DNA of 64,000 nt from Octopus sinensis (taxonomy: Eukaryota): positions 61,566,001 to 61,630,000 of the forward strand of contig NC_043004.1 of assembly GCF_006345805.1 (NCBI RefSeq). The letters run 5' to 3'. The notes under the pieces were generated by a model. The model worked only from the letters and a program-made list of their open reading frames with translations. It was not told the DNA's origin and made no database searches. The translations under genes and the position numbers were made by a program. This document shows positions 53,957-64,000 of this stretch, piece by piece (position 1 is the first letter of the stretch; every line of letters starts with the position of its first letter).

Positions 53957-54029
53957 TTGTATATACATAAAAAGGGGCAGGTAATTATATACACACACAC
54001 ACACACTCACACACACACACATACATATA

Positions 54030-55020
54030 TATGTATGATTTATTGTTTCTTGTTCATCTCCACATATTCTGCAGTTACTTGTTATATTTCTTTTCAATAT
54101 ATGTTTTTGTTAATTTCTGGTGGGGAGGCTTTGGTCTTGTGCTGCAATTAAAAATCCCTATGTCTCTGCTTTGAGTCCTGAGCTTCTCAACCATTGCTGG
54201 GATTTTTCTTTGTCTATTTCTTTTGCAATTAGCTTAGTCCAGTATTTACCATGAAGGGGCTTTTCTTTCCATCGTTTTATCATGGTCCGATGCTGTTCTA
54301 GTTTTAGTTTGGATTTCATTTGTGTTATAGCTTTTGTTGTTTCTTCTTCTTCTTCTTCTTCTTCTTCTTCTTCTTCTTCTTCTTCTTCTTCTCTTCTTCT
54401 TCTTCTTCTTCTTCTTCTTCTTCTTCTTCTTCTTCTTCTTCTTCTTCTTCTTCTTTCTTCTTCTTCTTCAGGTGGTATGATTTCTTGATTGTATTTGTCA
54501 GCTTCCTTAAATACTGAGAACTTTTTTTTGTTTTGCTCGTGTTTTGTCGCTATTTGTATCAGTTTTCCTTGCTTCTGAAGTAGGTATTTTTGCAGTCCTA
54601 TGGTGGTTATTTTATAATAGGTATCCAGCTTTATAAGGCCTCTACCACCTTCTATATGTTGTATATATAGTCTTTCTATGTCAGATTCTGGGTGATACAT
54701 TCTAGATCCTGTCCTTATTTTTCTTGTTTTCCTATCTATTTTGGTTAGTTCATTTAGTGGCCAGGTAAGGATATTGTAGCTGTAATTTATAACTGGGACG
54801 GCTAAAGTGTTAATACCTATTATCTTGTTTTTAGCATTGAACCTTGTTTTTAGTATTGATCTAACTCGTCTATAGTATTCTTTCATTATTATTTCTTTCA
54901 TTTGTGTGGGTTGTGTCTTATCTAGTTCATGGATTCCTAAATATTTGTAAGTTTGGCTTTGGTCTAGTTCACTTATTTCATTGGTTTTTATCTAGTGTTA
55001 TGTTGCTACTCTTAACTAGC
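54030..55020 (-). mobile_element. Dong/R4 internal fragment with a (GAA)n expansion
   Basis: QTYKYLG...YYRRVRSILKT...RLYIQHIEGGRGL...KPLHGKY...QWLRSSGLKAET...NCRICGDEQETINH; (TTC)n at 54342-54468. Confidence 0.88.
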
Positions 55021-55029
55021 TTTCCTCTT

Positions 55030-55295
55030 AGCCCAATATAACCATCATGACTACCTGTCTGATAAGATAACGGTATACCAGGTACATGCATCACAACCAT
55101 ATGTGCGCGACATGGTGATCTCACATGAAGATGAACAGCACATGACCTTGAGTTGGGGCCTAGTCAATATGTTTTGAAGGTTGAGTAGCTTGTCCCACTC
55201 AAATGCCCCATGAAAAAGGATGTTGAACGGAACATCTTTGTTTATAAATATGAATTATCCAAACTACAAAGAATTCCTCTTATGAAATGGCTATG
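55030..55295 (+). repeat. Unclassified interspersed repeat, family D
   Basis: Homologous to 40790-41150 in the opposite orientation. Confidence 0.6.
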
Positions 55296-55310
55296 ATAAT
55301 GATGATGATG

Positions 55311-55362
<52 letters not shown>

Positions 55363-55365
<3 letters not shown>

Positions 55366-58345
55366 GAACGAGACTGGGTTCGTTACTGGGCTTAGCTACT
55401 GTTTCGAATCTTCCTGAAACACAGGGGCTGGATGTACCACACAGCCGAAATATTCCAACAGATTCCTATCCACGCTCGTCATCAAATAACCAAATGAAAA
55501 CTGTTTTAGGCGAGATAATAAAGAAGTTTTTAAGGCCTTCTCTCATGTCATATATTTCCACCCAAAATATATTTAATACTGAACAAACCTAACTCAATTA
55601 GAGCCTGAAGCATCTTGAAATAAGATAGTACATAGACAGTAACAAACTTGCTAACGTCAGAAGAAACAGTATGAAAAAGAAATTACTAACTGAATTAGCG
55701 ATGATCAAATTAAATAATCAGTGAGTGATACAAGGACGAAGTTGCAGCTAAAGAAGATACCACAGAGGAAATAATTACAGAGCATCCCAGGTCTGATGAA
55801 AATGCAGTAATGATAGAAAGAGTTAATGCAACTCATAAGTGAAATACTCTCTGAAACAAACATAAATACAAAAGCAGATGAAAATCAAATAGATGAAGAA
55901 AGTCACACAGAAATTGACCCAACTAAACTAGATGATGTAAAAAAATCAAATTATGATTGAATGGCTGAATATTAAAGAAACTAATATGAATGAACGTGAC
56001 ACTCCCCCCAAAATTCACAAAGCCAACCGAAAGCTGAAAGTAATTGGTAAAATTTCAGATAATGATGTTGATATTAGAGATCTCAACCACCTGTACCATG
56101 CATCCACGAAAATTTCAATGATTCTATGTGGTGAAGAGATAAGAAAGCGACAACATTCCCAAAAAAGCCTCCTTGACCAAAGCCTAATTGACAATTTACA
56201 ATTCCCAATTCAGCTATTTAGGTCTGACATAGAATGTTTGAAATGCCTTAGGTTTGAAAAACATACTTGACATCGACGCCATCATAGAAACTAATAAGCA
56301 AAAGGTATGAGCTAAAAGTGCTCGTGTAGCAGTGTATGAAAATCGCTTTAGATTCGCCAAACACAACATGTTCAAATCTAGCCCAAATAACTTTTATAGG
56401 AAGATAGGGAAGATACTAGTTACAGTAAAGCCTATCCCATCAAAAAAGGTCCAAGAATTTGGAAATAGAATTGGGGCAGAAGGAAAATAAGTAATAAAAA
56501 GGCCCCTTGGATTGATAGAATATCTACTGATTCCTGAAAGAGAAAAAGTGGGAGGTTATCAAGGTACAGGATGTAAGATCTGCTCTCAGGAAGTCAAGCA
56601 AAAGGAAGTCTCCAGTAAAGGATAAAAATCCTAACTTCTTGTAGAATGCCATCCTAGAGATTCATGAACTGCTAATAATGCTCTACAACAATGTTTTGCA
56701 ACAAACTAGTATGATCCCCTTTTGGTTAGGCAATGGTGTGACGTTCCTAGTTTGAAAAAAATTGAGAAACAAATGAACCAAAAAAATGATAGTCCCAAAA
56801 CTTTCTTAACAAAATGTATAAAATGCTAACATCTGCCTTGATTGAATATATATATAGTTTGTTTTATAAAAATGGCAAATTTTCTAATGAGGAAAGTTGA
56901 TGTAAACTTGGGTCCTATGGTTGTAACGATCAGCTACTCATCAATAAGATGATCTTGGAAGAATGTCACCAACGACACAAAACTTGTCGTTAATCTGGAT
57001 ATACTATAAAAAAGAAAAACATTTTGAACAGTGACAATGAATCTATCACCGTTCCTCGTTTGTCTTGCCGTTGCCTTAATATATCTAACGAATATGCTAG
57101 ATGACGTACAATAAGGCTATAAAATGCTTGATAAAAATATAAATCATCGTTTTTGCATAAACGATATTTAAAGCTCTTTGTAAATATTGACCAACAATTA
57201 CAGGGCTTACCAGCAATTATTAAACAATTCAGTGATGCCATCAGAATACAATTTGGCCGCGATAAATGTGTTAAACGTACATTTATCAAAGGGAAAAGGA
57301 GAAAAACATTCAAAGTTAATCTTGGCCAGCAGTATGTCATAAAGGTGTTAGAACCAGCAGAGAGCTACAAATACCAAGGGGTATTTGAAGGTGATGTATC
57401 GAACATTCAGTGATGAAGGAACGCATCAGAAGAGAATATTATGGCAGGGTAAGGGCAAAACCCAAGACAGAAACAGGATCGAAGCTATCAATAATTTAGC
57501 CATAGCGGTCGTGACAAACAGTTTCAATGACATTGGTCAATTACTGAAATGTCTAATATTGACAGAAAACTACAAAAATCGTTTACAATGCCTAGAATGA
57601 ACTGCCCTAAGGCAAATATAGAACGTCTATACCTGTCAAGAAAAGAGGGTGTCCGTGGACATTTAGTATTGGAATTAGCAATGAAGATTGCCACAATTGG
57701 CCTCAACATTTCCTGAAATACTCTGATGACTGGATATCAAGAATGAAAACAAGAATTCATCATAATCAGTAACAACACAGGCAAAAGAATATCTAAGTGA
57801 ATGCTAGATACAAAAAATCCCAGTATTAGACATACCGGGAACAAACACAGAAAAAGATAAGCGTATGAAAACCGCGGTAAAACTGCTGCCTTATATATTC
57901 TTACTGATAAATGGCAAGAATAACATCTAATGAAAAATACCCAAAGAGAGCTAATAATGTCGATGCTGAAAAGCACTTACCCATCAATGGTCAGTGTCTT
58001 TTTGTTTAAAATCAGAAACAGAAGGGTTTATCATAGCAGCCCAAGATCAATTCCCACCCAGAAAGGGACTAACAGGCCAGCATATGAAAGAAGAGCAGTA
58101 GCCCAATATGTCGTGTATGTAAACAACAAAATGAAACCATTCATCATGCTGTCTTCATGTTCAGTCTTGTTGCGCCTACAGAGTATCTCTCCAAGCATGG
58201 TAGAGCGGCACAATATATTCACTTGTTAATTTGCAAAAACTGGTGGGAACAAGAACCACCTCTACTGCTTGAAGATGATAACATCTCACTACTCTGGAAT
58301 TTCACCATTCAAACTGACACAAAGATAGACGTGAATGACTTCAGG
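55363..58345 (+). mobile_element. Long degenerate Dong/R4 LINE starting directly after (AAT)n
   Basis: Remnants NMFKSSPNNFYR, MINKMILE, YKYQG, PKANIERLYLSRKEG, GFIIAAQDQ, LLWNFTIQTD; many stops and frameshifts. Confidence 0.75.
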
Positions 58346-58394
58346 TAAAAATCACACCTCCTTTTTATTGGAGTGAACTTGTACAAATGCAATT

Positions 58395-58412
58395 ATTATT
58401 ATCATAATAATG

Positions 58413-58456
<44 letters not shown>

Positions 58457-58540
58457 TATAATAATAATAATAATAACAACAACAACGATAACAACAACAA
58501 CAACAACAACAACAATAATAATAATAATAATAATAATAAT
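58395..58540. repeat. (AAT)n/(AAC)n microsatellite
   Basis: Direct reading of the sequence. Confidence 0.95.
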
Positions 58541-58559
58541 GAGCTTCTGCATTGACAGT

Positions 58560-59790
58560 ATATAGTTCGAAGTCGAAATGCCGGTGTAGACCATGCAACA
58601 ACCTATCAGTGGCTAAAAAGTTCAGGACTGAATCTAGCGACTGAAGGTTTCGTATTGGTAGCACAAGATCAAGTTTGTTTACAAAAGGATACCAGTTTAA
58701 CCTTCTTCAAAACTATTCTGGCACTAAACGCAAACGATCGCCCATCTCGTCTCAGGAAGTTCTAAGGTGAGACCACACAAATACAAAAGTCGCCACGATT
58801 GCGTAGGGCAGTATCTACATTGAAAATATGCAAAGGGAACAAATTGGCACTTCTACTTACTGGTATGATTATCAATCCGAGCCAACCGTTGAAAGCACTA
58901 ATGTCACTATCCTCTGAGATTTTCCAGTCAACAGGGACAGAACGATCGAGGCTAATCGACCAGACATTATTATTAGAGACGGGAAGAAAATACTTGTAGA
59001 ATAAAAAAAAATGTAAGTATTCGCACTGATAAAAATATTTATGTAAGGTAATTTGACAAATTCAGCAGGAGTGGCTGTGTGGTAAGTAGCTTGCTAACCA
59101 ACCACATGGTTCCGGGTTCAGTCCCACTGCGTGGCATCTTGGGCAAGTGTCTTCTGCTATAGCCCCGGACCGACCATTGCCTTGTGAGTGGATTTGGTAG
59201 ACGGAAACTGAAAGAAGCCCGTCGTATATATGTATATATATATATATGTGTGTATGTGTGTTTGTGTGTCTGTGTTTGTCTCCCTAGCATTGCTTGACAA
59301 CCGATACTGGTGTGTTTATGTCCCCGTCACTTAGCGGTTCGGCAAAACAGACCGATAGAATAAGTACTGGGCTTACAAAGAATAAGTCCTGGGGTCGATT
59401 TGCTCGACTAAAGGCGGTGCTCCAGCATGGCCGCAGTCAAATGACTGAAACAAGTAAAAGAGTATAAGGGCCTAGAAAGTGAAATGCAAAACATGTGGCT
59501 TCTTAAAGCGAGTAGTGTTTCTCTGATTGTAAGTGCCCTGGGTATGTTAAAAAAGGGTTACCAGAAGCATCTCGATAATATCGCGGGTGAACCATGTCAC
59601 AGAGAAATTCAAAAGATTGTGCTGACAGTTACTGACCACACTCTTAGAAAAATGCATTTAGATGTCTGTGTTGTACTAGATTTTTTGTTACTGCGCCTGA
59701 CACTTCCCATCCTCAAGCTTTCAGTTAAACTGTAACATCTCTTATCCTTCAGGCGAACCAGGACGCTGGGTTTTTCGAGGCGAGCCATTT
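58560..59790 (+). mobile_element. Dong/R4 3' fragment interrupted by a SINE
   Basis: TYQWLKSSGL..TEGFVLVAQDQ; DFPVNRDRTIEANRPDIII; after the SINE, YKGLESEMQNMW..IVSALG..EIQKIVL. Confidence 0.8.
59065..59464 (+). mobile_element. SINE family B, intact (tRNA head, CORE-like domain, central microsatellite, GTAAAAGA tail)
   Basis: A box TGGCTGTGTGG, B box GGTTCAGTCC, gcatcttgggcaagtgtctt (resembles the CORE domain); colinear with 41465-41855 plus 47258-47280. Confidence 0.9.
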
Positions 59791-60049
59791 ATAACAAACA
59801 TACAGATTAAATGTTAAAAAACAAGAAAATAACGATGATGCTACTGCTGCCGATGGTGGTGGTGGTGCGGGTGGTAGTGGTGCTGGTGGTAGGGTTGGTG
59901 GTGGGGTGGTAGTGGTGGTGGTGGTGAAGATGATGATGATGACGACGACGACCATAATGATGCATATAGTGATGCTGTTAAGAACGAGTGAATAATGTAC
60001 AGTCGATATCAACTGTTGAAAAGGAGAGAATAACAAGGATGAAGGCCAA

Positions 60050-60500
60050 GGATAGCATGTTGAACAGTTTGGAAACTCACTGAGGTTGTATGTGGAAGAA
60101 AATCCTGGATTCGATTTGAGAAGGGCAATTTTGAAAAAGAAAAAAAGAGAGCTTTGTTATAGCAACTCGAATCAAGCCTCTGCAAAAAAGTTTGTCTCTT
60201 AGGAACAGGAAAGATTACCATGACGTTAAGTAGTTGAAAGATGATAGAAATCTTGTTTATAACTTAAGTTACATGTAGTAACCCGTTGACCAGTTAAATT
60301 CTACCAGGAATAAAAGCGAACCCGAGACAACTCAATGATAATATGATATATTTAATCAGAAGCAGCATGAAGAACGGAGAGACAGTTATGACAGCTGGTG
60401 GAGGGGAATTGGACAAGAAAAAATCGGGATGGGAATTTTCCAAGGAAACTCCTTGTCAGCCACTACAGATGATCGCTGATCTATTTGATCATGTATATAA
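60050..60500 (+). mobile_element. Dong/R4 RT remnant
   Basis: GIFQGNSLS at about 60432 (cf. GIFQGDSLSP); the rest is heavily decayed. Confidence 0.4.
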
Positions 60501-61744
60501 TCGATCTGATTAAGGAAATGCCTAGCTTATATGGTAGACTCAATGTAGGAATCCAACTGATAGAAACAGCATCCGAAAGGCATTAAAATATATACCCTCA
60601 TCTTTGAAAGAATAAGCCAGAATTAAGTTGTGACCACAGATTGCAGTATTTCGTTCGTTTACTTGTTCCTTTCTATTAAGTTGTTAAGCGATATTTAGGT
60701 GAGACTAGATCACCAGATCTAGCGGTTTGAGCTACTACATGCAGATATTTTTCATTACATCATCTTAGTTAAGATTCAAAAATAGTAACAAAAAACTTTG
60801 TAATATAATGAAGTACCTTGCCCAAAGAAACTCATGTGCCCACAGCCACGCAAATATTTTATTATAAACTATTTAATTACAGTTATAATTTAATTCATAA
60901 TTGTAATATGAACACAAGAGAAACATTGAAATACAGAAAAAATATAAATTTTATAATTCAATTAATCACTGGGCAATGTTTTGTAAAATACTTCATTTTT
61001 AGGCAATCTATTTTGTTTTGTTTGAAACAGTTGTTACGCTACCATCACTAAATGTGTTTAACATTCTAATAAACCTGATATTCAAAATTATCATCTGTAA
61101 TCAAACTGACTGCAACATTCTCAACAAGTTAATTCCATTTTAATAGAATTAGTTGAAATAGAAAATCAATAATTGATATTTGCTCTGTGTTGATTACGTT
61201 CGACTAGACGAAAAAAAAATGATAGTACGTATAATATGAATTTGACGTAGCTAATGTTAGGACAAATATACTAAAATAATGCATTCTCATCTTTCTTTCT
61301 ACTGTCATTGTGGTTGTCTAGATTCACTTCAGCCCACACATAGTGCAGCCACTATAGAAAATTTTCCAGCCAGACCTTATGTCGGATATATCCATATCTA
61401 CTATTGCATTGGGAATGCACGATTCTTAGATGTTGAGGTGTTATTTTAGTCTGTTTGTTCCTATAGTTTCTAGCATATCAGTTATGATATAAATACTAAA
61501 AGATTTCTTATTTCGGGTGTTATTTTTGTGACTGCGCCTAATACTATTGTTATTTTTGTTGTATAATCCCACGGGTGATCTGACAGATTATTGGTACGAT
61601 CAAATATATTCCAGTTGGGAATAATTATCTAGCATGTTTGTCTCACATTATGTTAACCAATACTCTTTCCATTTTAAAGACAGCCATATGGGGTTATGCA
61701 ATATTAGTGTCTTTTTTTGAAAGAGAACAATTGACCAACAAAAT

Positions 61745-61875
61745 GATCCGTTGAAGAGCGTAGGCTCGAAACGTAAAATACTTTCTTATCTTCCCGAGCA
61801 TTAAACTATTACACATGTTTGTTGTTTTTACACATATCTTCGTCCTTTGGTTTGTTTGTAAATTCCAACTAAATG
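61745..61875 (+). mobile_element. Penelope-like pLTR fragment with hammerhead-like motif
   Basis: ccgttgaa-GAGC GTAG GCTC-GAAACGTA; homologous to 29555-29735. Confidence 0.65.
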
Positions 61876-61989
61876 ATCTTATATAGGTCACTGGAACAGT
61901 TATTGTATTAGCATATTGACCTGATCTAAATATTGAATTGTAACTTTTCACTGCTCTATTCTCTTGGACGATCTATTTTGATGGTATGT

Positions 61990-62115
61990 TTTAATATTAT
62001 GCCTACAAATTAAGTACATAGATGGACCTAGAAATTGAAATACAAAAGATGTGGCATCTTAAAGCGAGTAGTGTTTCTCTCATTGTAAATGACCTTGGTA
62101 TGTTAAAAAAGGGTG
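61990..62115 (+). mobile_element. Dong/R4 3' fragment
   Basis: DLEIEIQKMWHLKASSVSLIVNDLGMLKKG; closely similar to 59465-59560. Confidence 0.7.
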
Positions 62116-62260
62116 AGTTGGGAGAAACGTTAGCACATCGTGCAAAATACGTTGTGGCATTTTCCCCGTCTTTAGGTTCTGAGTCCAAATTCCGCTTTGC
62201 CTTTTTTCATTTAGTGGTCGATAAAATAAGTCTCTGTTTAGCACAACTTCTTGTCCTTGA
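62115..62260 (+). mobile_element. SINE family C, degenerate
   Basis: ttagcacatcgtgcaaaatacgttgtggcattt...ttctgagtccaaattccgctttgcctt...gtcgataaaataagt. Confidence 0.6.
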
Positions 62261-63030
62261 GTCATAAATTTCGAAACATTATTAATCCTATAATTTCAAA
62301 AAAAACCCCCAAAAAACTCCATACTCCACACAGATTATATGACTTCCCCAGAATTTTCGTAGACGGAATCCTGAAATTTCACCTTTAAGCATGGGAAATT
62401 CCGTGCCTCACTACATGCATAGTCAAGTTTCGGTGGTTGCTGCACTCACATACTGTCACTATTCTTGAATAGAAATGTGACTATGACGGCAGAAAAACGG
62501 CTGCAACTTACAGGAAACATTTTGCTATATTTAGAGATGTTTGTGAGCAAGGTCATCATGATAGAACCGAATCTCCAGTACATCGAACGAGACTCTTAAG
62601 ATAGCAATGACAAAATAGGCTACTGTGCGCGATGAAAATGCAAGAGCGATTGAGAGATGATGATGATGATGTCGGTAGAGATGGTGGTGGCGGTGGAGTT
62701 GCTGTGGCTGTGATGCTGGTGTCATGGGTGTAGGATTTGTATATTCACAAAATACGAAGCCCTAGATGATGGAATGTTACCTGCGTCTTATTATGTGTAT
62801 GTTTGAACGCTCCAATTATAGGTTTTCTGCTGTTTACACTCGGCCATATTGAACTACCTGTGATATGGATCATATTTGGTGCTTTACTTGAGTACTAGCC
62901 AACTGGAGAGAATAATTTATCGTTTATTTCAGCAACGTAGTGACACGCAAAACTATTATTAAATTGCTTGTGCCTTAGGCAGTTATGTGATTCAGAATAA
63001 TATTCTGCATTATAACTAATAAACTCAATT

Positions 63031-63225
63031 AGGGCGGTGTGTTGGCAAAATCACCGTCGACATTTCCTCCGCTTTTTTTACGTTCAGATTTCAAATTCTG
63101 CTTACGACGACTTTATCTTTTATCCTTTCTGGGTCGATAACTAAAATACCACTCAAGCACTGCGGTAGATAAATAGCCTTGCCTCTTCCCTTAATCTCTG
63201 GCTTTGTACCTCTAGCGAAAAGGAA
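63031..63225 (+). mobile_element. SINE family C
   Basis: ggcggtgtgttggc...ttacgttcagatttcaaattctg...cgacttt.tctt..atccttt.tgggtcgata. Confidence 0.6.
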
Positions 63226-63284
63226 AACTAATAAAGTTAGTTAATGGAGGAACGATTAAAATGCTAACTAGACAGAAGTACATT

Positions 63285-63445
63285 TTTTATTTGAATTTTA
63301 GCACAAAACCAACAATATTAGGGTAAGTCGATTATATAGACCTCAGTCTTCAATTGGTACTTTTTATCGACCACGAAATGATGAAAGGCAAAGTCAACCT
63401 CGGCAGACTTTGAACTGAGAACGTAAAGACTGATGAAATACCGCT
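63285..63445 (-). mobile_element. SINE family C
   Basis: Reverse complement gcggtatttcatcagtctttacgttctcagttcaaagtctgccgaggttgactttgcctttcatc...gtcgataaaaagtacc. Confidence 0.7.
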
Positions 63446-64000
63446 TTTTTGCCTTAGATACAACGCCTTAGATAGAAGTATATATGAAGGGAAATATATG
63501 TTAATATCAACGTGTAATATTTTTTTTTCGAGCCATTATGAAAGATAATTTTGGACAAGATTAAGGTTTCATTATGATCTCTATAATCAAAGTATATCAT
63601 TAAGGTTACATTGGTGTGTAAACACGAAATAAGGAGTTAGAAATTTACGAGTTGTGCTTTCACCGGAAAAGGAAAGTAGTACTGTCCCGTTGTCCAGAAA
63701 ATTACTAAAATATGCTTTTTCCTGAAAAGCATTTATTAAATTAATATCTAAAACAGCTTTAAATAATAAAATATAGCAAGTACACATTTTGTATTTCTAC
63801 GTTGCTTTCTCTTTATAGGATCTCATTGTTGTGTTGATGATTGTATTCCGACTTAAAAAAAAAAGACGTCTCGTTGAAAAGACGTGCGATAAATACACTA
63901 GAGTGTTATTCTGCGATAAATTTCTAAAGAAAGTGAAATCATAGTAGTGTCACAACGACGTAATAAGTTTTGGGCATAATTTTGGTTTATTAGACATCAC

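Overview
AT-rich eukaryotic (animal) genomic DNA dominated by microsatellites and transposable-element debris. The repeat landscape (tRNA-derived SINE families, Dong/R4 and RTE LINEs, Penelope-like elements) resembles a coleoid cephalopod such as Octopus; this is an inference, not a database result. The only host gene I can support is the 3' end of a neprilysin/ECE-type M13 metallopeptidase on the + strand. It is not in the ORF track because it is split into three short exons (134-229, 17470-17546, 18688-18787) across a 17.2-kb and a 1.1-kb intron. The rest is TEs: a full-length 5.4-kb Tx1/L1-clade LINE inserted with a perfect 16-bp TSD into the tRNA-derived head of a SINE; at least eight Dong/R4-type pieces of different ages, most abutting (AAT)n arrays; Penelope-like (Neptune-type), CR1, RTE, Gypsy, mariner, Tc1-MITE and Helitron/HINE pieces; and three SINE families. 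Top leads: (1) a possible SINE/tRNA-targeting Tx1 family; (2) a genomic Tyr codon (TAC) at the conserved C-terminal Cys of the peptidase, which a single A-to-I edit at A18774 would restore; (3) modular SINEs with one head and three tails; (4) variant hammerhead-ribozyme-like motifs. Almost all ORFs in the supplied track are microsatellite or antisense artefacts.
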